The notes under the pieces: generated by a model | The model's database searches: none | What the model was told of the DNA's origin: nothing | What the model saw: only the letters and a program-made list of their open reading frames with translations | Program-made: the position numbers and the translations under genes | In this document: in pieces, positions 40,397-49,629 of the stretch | How positions within the stretch are numbered: position 1 is the first letter of the stretch | Layout of the letters: the number at the start of each line of letters is the position of its first letter | Assembly: GCA_965218095.1 (NCBI GenBank) | Contig: OZ244587.1 | Location: 2,112,001 to 2,176,000 of the forward strand | Origin: Candidatus Poribacteria bacterium | Lineage (GTDB): Bacteria > Poribacteria > WGA-4E > PCPOR2b | Reading direction: 5' to 3' | Length of the DNA: 64,000 nucleotides

Positions 40397-41620
40397 TTAT
40401 GGCTCAATCAATTGATGAAACTGTACCTCTCCATCTCTAATCTGGTTAATGACCGCACTCTTGGCGGTGTGTCGGTTTTCATCATAGCCTAAGATAAGCG
40501 TCGCCCCGCTATAGTTATTGGTCGCCGCAATCTGGTCGCGGATCGCTGTTGGTGTCAAGTCGTCTGCACGACGCATCGCCAGAACCACGAGCCGGAGGGC
40601 ATCATATCCCAGCGCAGCCCCTCCGTCGGGCACAACACCAAACATTGTGGTGTAGGCGGTAACAAATTGATGGGCGTCTTCACCCAAATCGCCCGGTTCC
40701 GCTTTGGCCGAAAAGCCGCTACTAAAGAAACTCCCGTCAACTGCCGTGCCAGCCGTGGCAATCAACGCCGCGTTATCCCAACTATCGCCGCCTATGAAGG
40801 TTGCTGTTATCCCGATCTCCTCCTTCGCCTGTCGAACAGCTAAAGGGACTTCGGGGATGAAACCGGTGCTAAAGACTACGTCCGGCGCAGCTTCGGCGAT
40901 TGCAGTCAGTTGCACGGTGAAATCGGTACCTCCTGCCATGTAAAGTTCATCAGCCACGACCGCGCCCCCATAAGCGGTAAAGTTGTCAATGAAGGTTTGC
41001 GATAAGCCTTCCGAATAGACGTCTCCCTCGTGCGTGAGGACTGCGGCGGTCTGAGCCTCTAAACCTTGGGTGGCAAATTCAGCCATCACCTTTCCCTGAA
41101 AGTCGTCGGTGAAAGCCGCCATAAACACAAAGTCACCCGCAACGGTAACGGACGGATTGGTTGCAGACGTGGTCATCATCGGTATTTCGTGGCGTTGAGC
41201 AATCTCCGCGACGACCACAGCATGGCGAGAGCGGTTGGGACCGACGATTGCCGATACCCCCTCTTCGGCAATCAATTCCTCTGCTAGTTCCGCGACGTAT
41301 TCGGTATCGCTTATGTTATCGCTAATGAGGCGTTGTGTCGGTATACCACGAGCGATCAGTTGTATCGGTATGCCCCGCACACCATCCTCTTTGTTCAGTT
41401 GTATCGTCGCCAATTCTGCACCGTACCGACTGTTGTTTCGGTTCGGTGTGGTATAGAGAAAGCCGATTTTAATGGCTCCATCATCGCCTGCATCTGATAA
41501 TGGTGAAAGCAATTGTTGGACTTGCTCACACCCCCAAAACAGGGTGCTCATAAGGAATAGTGGGATCCAAAGCCGACCGATGAATCCGGGTCCAGGCAGC
41601 CGGGCGCGTTGATCTGTCAT
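40397..41620 (-). CDS. Branched-chain amino acid (LivJ-like) ABC substrate-binding lipoprotein, copy 1
   Basis: Lipobox-like FWGC, AIVGPNRS, SATNPSVT, TDFTVQL, GGDSWD and ALGYDA. Confidence 0.88.
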   Translation of the reverse strand: MTDQRARLPGPGFIGRLWIPLFLMSTLFWGCEQVQQLLSPLSDAGDDGAIKIGFLYTTPNRNNSRYGAELATIQLNKEDGVRGIPIQLIARGIPTQRLISDNISDTEYVAELAEELIAEEGVSAIVGPNRSRHAVVVAEIAQRHEIPMMTTSATNPSVTVAGDFVFMAAFTDDFQGKVMAEFATQGLEAQTAAVLTHEGDVYSEGLSQTFIDNFTAYGGAVVADELYMAGGTDFTVQLTAIAEAAPDVVFSTGFIPEVPLAVRQAKEEIGITATFIGGDSWDNAALIATAGTAVDGSFFSSGFSAKAEPGDLGEDAHQFVTAYTTMFGVVPDGGAALGYDALRLVVLAMRRADDLTPTAIRDQIAATNNYSGATLILGYDENRHTAKSAVINQIRDGEVQFHQLIEP

Positions 41621-41738
41621 TGAAATTCTCCTGTAAGGTGCTAGGCAACGCGCAATGAGGGGTTTGCCCCGATGCTGCGATCGGGATTCAAAGCAACTTG
41701 GTAAATGGGATCTCACCCCAAATTGCGCTACTACGAAC

Positions 41739-42947
41739 TTACGGCTCGATCAATTTATGGAACTGTGCCTCGCCATTGATGATGTGGTTGATGACCGCAC
41801 TCTTGTCCGGGTGTCGGTTGTCATCATAGCCGGAGATAAACGTTGCTCCGCTATAGTTAACGGTCGCCGCAATCTGGTCGCGAATCGCCGTTGGTGTCAA
41901 GTCGTCCGCGCGACGCATCGCCTGAGCCACGAGCCGGAGGGCATCATATCCCAATGCCGCCCCTCCGGCGGGCGCAACCTTAAAAATTGAGGTGTAGGCG
42001 GCAATAAATTGATCCGCGTCTTCACTCAAATCGCCCGGTGCGACTCTGGCAGAGAAGAGGCTGCTAAAAAAACTCCCCTCAAGAATCACGCTATTCGTGG
42101 CAATCAACGCTGCGTTATCCCAACTATCGCCGCCGAGGAGGATGCCTGTAATGCCGAGCGTTTTTGCCTGTTGAACCACCAATGGGATTTCGGCTGAGAA
42201 ACCGGGCAGAAAAAAAACGTCCGGCCCCGATTCAGCGATTGCGGTCAATTGCGCGGTGAAATCGGTATCCCCCACCATGTAAAATTGAGCGTGTACAACT
42301 TCGCCCTCAAAAGCAGTAAAGTTGTCAATGAAGGTTTGCGATAAGCCCTCCGAATAGAGAGATTCTCTGCGCGTGAGGACTGCGGCGGTCTTTGCCCCTA
42401 AATCTTGGGTGGCAAACTGAGCCATCACTTTTCCCTGAAAGTCGTCGGTGAAAGCTGCCATAAACACAAAGTCACCCGCAGCGGTAACGGTTGGGTTGGT
42501 GGCAGTGGTGGTCACCATCGGTATCTCGTGGCGTTGGGCGACCGCCCCGGCGGCCACAGCATAAAGCGAGCGGTTGGGACCAACGATTGCCGATACACCC
42601 TCTTTGGTAATCAATTCCTCTGCTATCTCTGCGGCGTGTTCAAGGGTGCTTATATTACCGTGAGCGATAATTGCGATCTCCCTACCATGCACCCCGCCCT
42701 CTCCGTTCAGTTGCAGCGCCGCTAATTCTGCACCGTTCAGACTGTTGCTTCGGGTTGGTCTGGTATACATAAAGCCGATTTTGATGGCTCCATCATCGTC
42801 TCCATCTGGTAATGGTGTGAGCAATTGCTGGACTTGCTCGCACCCCCCAAACAGGGTGGTCATTAAGCATAGTGAGACCCAAAGCCCGTAAGCCACCATG
42901 CGTCTGATAACAGATTGCTTTTGTGCGTTCTTCTGCTGATGTGTCAT
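41739..42947 (-). CDS. LivJ-like ABC substrate-binding lipoprotein, copy 2 (tandem paralog)
   Basis: Same motifs as copy 1, with long near-identical DNA stretches. Confidence 0.88.
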   Translation of the reverse strand: MTHQQKNAQKQSVIRRMVAYGLWVSLCLMTTLFGGCEQVQQLLTPLPDGDDDGAIKIGFMYTRPTRSNSLNGAELAALQLNGEGGVHGREIAIIAHGNISTLEHAAEIAEELITKEGVSAIVGPNRSLYAVAAGAVAQRHEIPMVTTTATNPTVTAAGDFVFMAAFTDDFQGKVMAQFATQDLGAKTAAVLTRRESLYSEGLSQTFIDNFTAFEGEVVHAQFYMVGDTDFTAQLTAIAESGPDVFFLPGFSAEIPLVVQQAKTLGITGILLGGDSWDNAALIATNSVILEGSFFSSLFSARVAPGDLSEDADQFIAAYTSIFKVAPAGGAALGYDALRLVAQAMRRADDLTPTAIRDQIAATVNYSGATFISGYDDNRHPDKSAVINHIINGEAQFHKLIEP

Positions 42948-43058
42948 TGAAATCCCCATTTTTGTTGTAGCGGCGGTTTCAAACCTGTCCGCACTTGTTG
43001 GTTCTGTTGCGGGGGTTTGCCCAAACACTAAAACAACCCAAAACCCACCGCTTGTTTG

Positions 43059-44042
43059 CTAAGAAACATGACCCACAAACGAGGGATCGCTGACGCCGTC
43101 CTCCTCGAAGTGGCGTCCCGTCAGCTTGATGAAAACATCTTCCAACGTCGGCTTGCCAGAACGAACAGACCGAATTTCTGTTGGAAATGCAGCGACAACA
43201 TCTCGAACAAATTCATGTCCCCGATGACATTCGATGCGCAACACCCCGTCAACCGAAGCGGCCGCATACCCAAACCTTCGGCTTATTTTCGGCGCCAGTT
43301 GTTCAGGTACGGGAGAATCAACGATGACAATATCTCCACTGACCTGATCTTTCAGTTCTTCCGGTGTTCCGATGGCGACCAATTTTCCCGCGTTGAGAAT
43401 CCCCACACGGTCACACATCTCTGCTTCGTCCAAAATGTGGGTTGTCAGGACGATTGTCACACCTGCCATCGCTCGTAGATTTTCCAGAGATTCTTTCAAT
43501 TTCCGACGGGCAATCGGATCAAGTCCCGTGCTCGGTTCGTCAAGAAGCAGTAGCTTGGGCTGATGGAGCAACGTCTTCGCAAGTTCCGCACGCCGTCTCA
43601 ACCCGCCGGAGAGCGTCTCGGCGAGGTCATCCGCTCGATCTGTCAGTTCCTGTTGATTAAGCACCCTTCGGATACGGCGTTTCAACTCGTTTCCCCATAT
43701 CCCGTAAAGATGCCCGTGATGCCGAAGATTTTCGGCAACCGTGAGTTTCAGATCCAAACTCGGATGCTGAAAAACGACGCCCAGATGCTTTCTGACCCGA
43801 TACGATTCACGTGCCAGATTGTACCCCAAGAGCGTGACCGTTCCATGAGTCACCGGAATTAAGGTCGAAAGGATCTTAAAGAGTGTTGTCTTACCGCTGC
43901 CGTTTGGTCCAAGAAAGGCGAAAATCTCTCCCGCGGCAATACGAAAACTGATGCCCGCCAGTGCGCATCGGGCGCCGTAAGTGTGAGAAAGGTTCTCCAC
44001 TTCAACCGGGGGCATCTTCAATTGATATTTGAAGGACACCAC
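43059..44042 (-). CDS. ABC transporter ATP-binding protein (DrrA-like)
   Basis: GPNGSGKTT, LSGG, LLLDEPSTGLDP and TTH. Confidence 0.93.
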   Translation of the reverse strand: MVSFKYQLKMPPVEVENLSHTYGARCALAGISFRIAAGEIFAFLGPNGSGKTTLFKILSTLIPVTHGTVTLLGYNLARESYRVRKHLGVVFQHPSLDLKLTVAENLRHHGHLYGIWGNELKRRIRRVLNQQELTDRADDLAETLSGGLRRRAELAKTLLHQPKLLLLDEPSTGLDPIARRKLKESLENLRAMAGVTIVLTTHILDEAEMCDRVGILNAGKLVAIGTPEELKDQVSGDIVIVDSPVPEQLAPKISRRFGYAAASVDGVLRIECHRGHEFVRDVVAAFPTEIRSVRSGKPTLEDVFIKLTGRHFEEDGVSDPSFVGHVS

Positions 44043-44080
44043 GATTTTTCCTAATGTCGGTCAACACTAAAAAAGTCATA

Positions 44081-44131
44081 TTAAGAAATCGTGCAAAGAC
44101 ACCGAGTTTTTCCGAAAAACTCGGTGTCTCT
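44081..44131. repeat. Palindromic repeat family A, copy 3
   Basis: TTAAGAAATCGTGCAAAGACACCGAGTTTTTCCGAAAAACTCGGTGTCT. Confidence 0.8.
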
Positions 44132-44152
44132 GGGCGTAGAAATCTTTAGCCT

Positions 44153-44941
44153 TTACTCTTTGAGTGTGAGTGTAAAGTTCTGCATAACACTCCCACCGGC
44201 GGCGACAGTCACAGCGGCGGGAGTATCCTTGTTCGTCCCACATACCTCATGCCAGTAGCCAACCTTGTAGCTTCCCGGCGGGACGTTTTCCAGCTTATAC
44301 TCACCTTTTTCATTACTGACTGCAAAGTACGGATGGGGGATGTAAGCAATCCAAGCTTTCATCCAACTGTGGACATCACATTTAACAGCCACAGGCCCCT
44401 CCGCCTTCTTTACCGCTTTAACCGGCATCTTCCGTCTGCTCCCCGGCTGCGATTTGTTAAACGCAGGGTTCACCCGACTAAAGACATGAACGTTATGCAT
44501 GATTTTGTCGGGATTGATCATGGTCATCCGTTGACCGATCGGAAGGAGGCGCACATGCGGCTCAAAATGGCAACCTTTCTGATCGATCTGGTATTTGACC
44601 TTCGGGCCCTTTGGAAAATTTGCCCCTGACGAAATATCCATCAGATAAACGATGGCGTTTTTCAAACCGTTTCCTTCGCCGACCATTATGGATTCGTCAA
44701 ATTTATCCGTTTTACCACAGACTTTCGGATCCTTAGTGATTTTGAGTTTCTTCATTGCAGGCGCGTCACCCTCAAACTTCACAACACCGGTGATGGCGCC
44801 GCCGTTGGAAACACTCCCAGCTTTATAGGAAGCGGGGAACACAAGCGATTCGACAGCTTCATCTCCGCCGGCTGCTGCGGCGTTGGTGACATAAATATAT
44901 GCAATCAACAGGGTTAGGATTGTAGCAACTTGGGTTTTCAT
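44153..44941 (-). CDS. Secreted cupredoxin-like / carboxypeptidase-regulatory-like protein
   Basis: Signal peptide, DQKGC, HNVH and CDVHSWM (His/Cys/His/Met type-1 copper-like set). Confidence 0.75.
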   Translation of the reverse strand: MKTQVATILTLLIAYIYVTNAAAAGGDEAVESLVFPASYKAGSVSNGGAITGVVKFEGDAPAMKKLKITKDPKVCGKTDKFDESIMVGEGNGLKNAIVYLMDISSGANFPKGPKVKYQIDQKGCHFEPHVRLLPIGQRMTMINPDKIMHNVHVFSRVNPAFNKSQPGSRRKMPVKAVKKAEGPVAVKCDVHSWMKAWIAYIPHPYFAVSNEKGEYKLENVPPGSYKVGYWHEVCGTNKDTPAAVTVAAGGSVMQNFTLTLKE

Positions 44942-44962
44942 GATTGAACTCCTTTGGAATGT

Positions 44963-46786
44963 TTAAGTACTTAGATTGGTTTCGTTTTCCCTTCTCCGAA
45001 CGGCGCCCTTCAAAGCGAAAAGAACACCGACAGAGATGAAGGCGACCAGTGGCGGGTAAACAAAACGCTTGTTTGAAGGGACAGGATCAAGGACGAAAGT
45101 ATACCACGTTGAAATGGCTCGCTTGGTTTTCACATCGCCGTTAGCACCGTCCCACGCGGAGAAAGCGATGGGGATAAATAGACTTGGTTCAAACTGAAGG
45201 TCATTTTTATCGTCCGTTCTGAGCGCCCGCTTGACCCATAATCGGTACTGACCGTTTTCATATACGCCTTCAACCTGCATCTGGCTTTGGGACGATTGCA
45301 CCGTCGCTTTATCAATTCCCTCTGCGTTCATCTCTGTGACTTTCTCAGGTTCAGCGACCTTCCAATGCCAGAGATAAACGGGACGACGCCCACCCCAGAT
45401 GAAGTACGGTTTGGCATCCGTTGGGCCTTTAACTTTCACAGGGAACTGGATAGCAATGGCATCTTCAACGGTTACACCCGTTTCCTCGTCCTCCTGCGGA
45501 AGCGTTTTCGTCCGATCATCCCACGTAAAGAGGAAAGCAATCTCATTATCGGTATAGAACGATTTCGCCATCACAGAATCTATTGACGGATTGAATTGCC
45601 GCGGCTCAATGACAACCTGACCCACGAGCGGGAAGTAGCTTGCCTCCTCCATTTCGCTCCACGGGGCATCGTTCATGCGCGGCAGTTCGCCGGGGAGATA
45701 TTGTGAGCGCAACACCTTGTCACCGACCGCCGACGCGGGTCGCGTTTCCTGCCCTAATGATTTCACATAATTTGCCAGGTGCCAACTCTTCTCGAAGATC
45801 GGCTTCATCGCATCGTCCAGCTTTTGCTGCTCTGCGGGTGTAATCTCTTCCCCCTCTTCAATCCTGAGCATGATGTCCTCGTACTCATAGGTTTTCTCTT
45901 CTAGCTGCGTGTACTCCGCTTCCTCCGCTTCGGTCATTTCATCCTTGTCTTCGAGCACCGTCATCCGATCTGATTCGGCGTCGGTCAAACCGAGTCGGAA
46001 AGCTGAAACGAACGCCGGCATCGGCGAGCCGGCAATCCCGCCGATAAACCGCTTGAAGATGTCTTCCGTTGTTGAGCCACCCCTGAAATTCCAACTCTGC
46101 GCCAGATTTGCGGGCCAAGTCCGGAAGCCCCACTCATCGGTGAAATCGGGGGCAGATGTGCCATCCCCTCGACCAACTGCGCCGTGACATTCGACACAGC
46201 CGAGGTTGGTGTAGAACGCTTCCCCCTTAGCAACGCTCGCCTCAGCGTAAGGTATCTTCCCTGACAAATCAATTAACCGTGGGGAAGCCTCTTCAAAGCC
46301 CTCGTAAAACGTCTTGATATGGGCGACCAGACTCCATCGCTCATCTTCGCTGAGTAGCCCCTCCCAAGCTGGCATAGACGACTCCGGCATCCCATTTGAG
46401 ATGATGTTAAATAGGTCCTGATCTGTAGGCAGGTTCCCGCTCTCTGTGGAACGAATCTTGTAGAGTCCCGATGTGAAATCCCTCGGTCTTGGCAACAGAT
46501 TTTTGGCTGCGGCCCCATCGCCTGCCCCCTCTATTCCGTGGCAGTGTGCACACTTGTCTTCGTAGAGCGCCTTTCCCGCCTCAGAAGCAGCGGGGGCACC
46601 CTTGCCTTGAGCAAAAATTGGACGGGTTATGATAGCGGAAAAGACAAGGAAACCTGCGATAAAAATAACGAGTGATTTCTTAATAAATAATTGGGGCATT
46701 ATCAGATTACTCTCCGTTTGGTGCCGTCGTCTCAGGAGAAAAGGCATATAATGCTCGCCAGATTTGGAATACCGTGCTCTCATCAT
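44963..46786 (-). CDS. Membrane-anchored diheme cytochrome c with C-terminal EbdC/DOMON-like domain
   Basis: CAHCH and CVECH; FTWDD...DAIAIQFP...LWHWK...IAFSAWDG; C-terminal TM helix. The true start may be downstream. Confidence 0.8.
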   Translation of the reverse strand: MMRARYSKSGEHYMPFLLRRRHQTESNLIMPQLFIKKSLVIFIAGFLVFSAIITRPIFAQGKGAPAASEAGKALYEDKCAHCHGIEGAGDGAAAKNLLPRPRDFTSGLYKIRSTESGNLPTDQDLFNIISNGMPESSMPAWEGLLSEDERWSLVAHIKTFYEGFEEASPRLIDLSGKIPYAEASVAKGEAFYTNLGCVECHGAVGRGDGTSAPDFTDEWGFRTWPANLAQSWNFRGGSTTEDIFKRFIGGIAGSPMPAFVSAFRLGLTDAESDRMTVLEDKDEMTEAEEAEYTQLEEKTYEYEDIMLRIEEGEEITPAEQQKLDDAMKPIFEKSWHLANYVKSLGQETRPASAVGDKVLRSQYLPGELPRMNDAPWSEMEEASYFPLVGQVVIEPRQFNPSIDSVMAKSFYTDNEIAFLFTWDDRTKTLPQEDEETGVTVEDAIAIQFPVKVKGPTDAKPYFIWGGRRPVYLWHWKVAEPEKVTEMNAEGIDKATVQSSQSQMQVEGVYENGQYRLWVKRALRTDDKNDLQFEPSLFIPIAFSAWDGANGDVKTKRAISTWYTFVLDPVPSNKRFVYPPLVAFISVGVLFALKGAVRRRENETNLST

Positions 46787-46850
46787 AGTCCGTCAATTGT
46801 CCTAAACGCCGGCTGCTATCGTCGTTTTCCAAACAAGCAATTTGGTTCAT

Positions 46851-46940
46851 GTTAAGAAATTGTGCAAAGAAACCGATCCCCGCTTCCTCCCCATCTACAC
46901 GGGGAGAACTTTGTTTTTTCGCAAAAACTCGGGTTCTCCC
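46851..46940. repeat. Palindromic repeat family A, copy 4, with a nested insert
   Basis: GTTAAGAAATTGTGCAAAGAAACCG, an insert with a CTCCCC...GGGGAG hairpin, then AAAAACTCGGGTT. Confidence 0.75.
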
Positions 46941-46967
46941 CCTTCGAGGGGCTTCTCAAACACGCTC

Positions 46968-47747
46968 TTAATGCTCTGCCTCGCCAGACGTCCGCGGCCG
47001 ATACCCGGTGTACTCCGATAAAAAGAGAATCACATCCCAGATTTCCTCCTCCGTCAGATGGTCTTCCCAGACTGGCATCGCGGAATCCCAAGGGGTCGCA
47101 CGTGACGGCAAACCGGGCCCACCCTTACTAATGCGCCAGAACAGAAAGGATTCTCGAAAGTTCGGGATGATGCCGGGGTCTTGGAAGTTTGCAGGCGGGG
47201 GGTTGAAACCGTGGGCGAAATGCCCCTCCCCATCAAGGTCGTCGCCGTGGCAGAAGAAACAGTTTTGATAATAGACCCGACGCCCGTTCTCTACGTGGGC
47301 CTTGAATGCTTCCTTGTCATCGTTTTCAAGGTGACGGAAGGGGCTCTTCACTTCTTGCGTGGGGCCGATAACCTTGTCGCGGTAGGTCAATTCATCGGGC
47401 GGTGCCGGGTGGGCAGTACGTAACACCGCTGGTGGATCTGCCTTTGTCGATACCTTAGAAAAGGTAAAAACGAGCATAACCAAAGGAATAAGGACGAACA
47501 ATACGGTACATCTTGTCCTCTTATCGTCATCAGCCAACGTTTCTTTGATGGGACGCAGAAATTCTCGAAACCTGTCATCTTCAACGGATACGTGAACCAA
47601 AATCGCTAATAGAATGAGGCCCAGATACATTCCGATTACGCTGGCGGGTAACGGCACAGACCACACGCCCCCAATGAAGAATCTTAAAAAGAGCCAAAGT
47701 AGGACAAAGAGTATCAAGCATTTAGTGAAAAGTGACATCCGTTTCAT
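46968..47747 (-). CDS. Membrane-bound monoheme cytochrome c
   Basis: Three N-terminal TM helices; CFFCHG and SAMPVW. Confidence 0.85.
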   Translation of the reverse strand: MKRMSLFTKCLILFVLLWLFLRFFIGGVWSVPLPASVIGMYLGLILLAILVHVSVEDDRFREFLRPIKETLADDDKRTRCTVLFVLIPLVMLVFTFSKVSTKADPPAVLRTAHPAPPDELTYRDKVIGPTQEVKSPFRHLENDDKEAFKAHVENGRRVYYQNCFFCHGDDLDGEGHFAHGFNPPPANFQDPGIIPNFRESFLFWRISKGGPGLPSRATPWDSAMPVWEDHLTEEEIWDVILFLSEYTGYRPRTSGEAEH

Positions 47748-47784
47748 GGTCAGTCAAATCTCCTTATTCATACGGCTTTTGGCT

Positions 47785-47860
47785 CATGTCAAAAGAAGGT
47801 GCAAAGTTGCCCGGAGAAACCGTGTTTTCCCGAAAGCTCGGTGACTTTGCACATTTTTTT
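47785..47860. repeat. Palindromic repeat family A, copy 5 (inverted)
   Basis: CATGTCAAAAGAAGGTGCAAAGTTG is the exact reverse complement of the end of copy 1. Confidence 0.8.
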
Positions 47861-48081
47861 ACTTTTCAGTTACTGAGAGAAATTAGGTATTTCCTGTCCT
47901 CAACCGCTCCCGCCGGAGAGTTCTCCCCCTTTATGAAATTTGAAGAATGAATCGGGCAACGATCTTGTCGGTCGAGTTTCCAAACTCGATAGTTGCCGTG
48001 TCGAGATGTGAATCTCGACCTACAGGTTACCAGCGGGGGTCTGGATTTGCCAATCCAGACCCAGCGAAGTGAAAACTTCTA

Positions 48082-49611
48082 CTATTCGGCGGTCTCCCCC
48101 ACCCCTTCATCTAGAACTTCGCCTTCAGCCACTGTTGCGTCTATTGCACCTGTTAGGGTTGATAAAAATGCGAGCAGATCGCTCATATCGGAAACAGACA
48201 ACAGGAGTGGGAAGTTATCGGGCATTGGGGAAGTCACATCAAGTCGTTTACCGAAAGCACGACTGTAAGTCGGTCCCTCGTCGATATCGAATGTATCAAT
48301 GATCTGCTCTTCGCCATCGACATTTAAGGTGATTTCGTCCTCATTTTCCGACACCAACTCCCCGACAATCGGCTCATCGTCATCAAAGGTGATTACAGTC
48401 GCCTGAACCTTCACATTCGATTTGGAAACTGTCTGCGTCTCTCCGCCGACTTGGAGTGTGATGTTCTCGTCGTCCTCATCAACGAGGTCGCCGCTGACGG
48501 GAGTCCCTGTGTCGGCGGGCGTGACTTGAATCCAGAAATAGCCCTGCGCCTTCAGATTGGATAATTCCTCGATCGGCTCAGGGTCGAGTTCGTTCAAGAG
48601 AATTGTTTGTTCGGTTTCATTGCCGGCAGCGTCTTTCACGCGCACAGTAATTTTTTCGTTGTCCTGAGAAACGAGCGTTCCCTGAATAGAGGCACCGCCT
48701 GTTTTTACTGTGACAGAACCGTATCCGCTCACAATTTGGGCATTCGGTTTAAGGATGGACTCCTCGATATACCGCATGTTCAGTGCGGCGATCTCGGTCA
48801 AGTCAGGGGCGGCGACAACTTCAACCCCTTCGTCAAGCGTTTGACCGGCTGGCTTCTCGAGCCTCGCAACCTCGTGACACGCAATGCACTTTGCGGTATT
48901 GACAAAGACATTTTTTCCGCGCTCAACGTCGCCGGCGAGGAGGGGGGGCAGTTCCTCCACCACCGCTACCGCGCTTCCGATATCTACGGGCGGCTCGAAT
49001 GGTGTCAGGTCTACCTCTCCGCCTTGATTTTGTAGGAAGGCGATAACGGTTTCGATCTCCAGTTCCGACAAACTGATTGGCGGTTTCCAGACCGGCGGCA
49101 TAATGTTTCCGTAGCCGGGGACAAGGAATTTGTGTGGTTCATACACCGACTCAATGATGTATTCCTTAGCCGTTATGCCAGGTTTTCGCGTGGCGGAACG
49201 TGTCCCAATATCTGTCATGTCCGGACAGCGACTCTTTGGCGCCGAGGTATCAAGCGTGTGACAGGTGTGGCATTTCCCTTTTCCGTTAAAGATCGCCTCG
49301 CCGGCTTCAACAAACGCCTCCGGTGTCCGTTCTATACTCGAAAGGTCTACTGTCGCAGTCGGTGATGGCGGAACAACGCTGGCGGCAAACGCATAGAACC
49401 AGATGACCAGCAGCGAGAATGACAGCAGTTTCATCACACTCTGCCAGAGTATGATATTCGCTAAGGCAAAGATAAAAAACCAGGCAGACCACGGGAGCAG
49501 ATTTTCCGAAGCGATTGGAAACGCTGGAGCCTTCGCGATGTAGGCAATGAAGCTCACTACCATTAAGATTAAACAGATGATTCTAATGGGCGTTTTCTGC
49601 ATCGATTTCAT
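48082..49611 (-). CDS. Membrane-bound diheme cytochrome c with a triplicated beta-insert
   Basis: TM region; CHTCH and CIACH; three G.LV.E/Q...IT repeats ahead of SPMP. Confidence 0.82.
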   Translation of the reverse strand: MKSMQKTPIRIICLILMVVSFIAYIAKAPAFPIASENLLPWSAWFFIFALANIILWQSVMKLLSFSLLVIWFYAFAASVVPPSPTATVDLSSIERTPEAFVEAGEAIFNGKGKCHTCHTLDTSAPKSRCPDMTDIGTRSATRKPGITAKEYIIESVYEPHKFLVPGYGNIMPPVWKPPISLSELEIETVIAFLQNQGGEVDLTPFEPPVDIGSAVAVVEELPPLLAGDVERGKNVFVNTAKCIACHEVARLEKPAGQTLDEGVEVVAAPDLTEIAALNMRYIEESILKPNAQIVSGYGSVTVKTGGASIQGTLVSQDNEKITVRVKDAAGNETEQTILLNELDPEPIEELSNLKAQGYFWIQVTPADTGTPVSGDLVDEDDENITLQVGGETQTVSKSNVKVQATVITFDDDEPIVGELVSENEDEITLNVDGEEQIIDTFDIDEGPTYSRAFGKRLDVTSPMPDNFPLLLSVSDMSDLLAFLSTLTGAIDATVAEGEVLDEGVGETAE

Positions 49612-49629
49612 CCTGACTGTGTTGGATTA

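Noticed and set aside
38972-43058. Complete integron or composite transposon
   Set aside because: No integrase or transposase is present and no full attC hairpin could be built; only the half-site-like repeats are reported.
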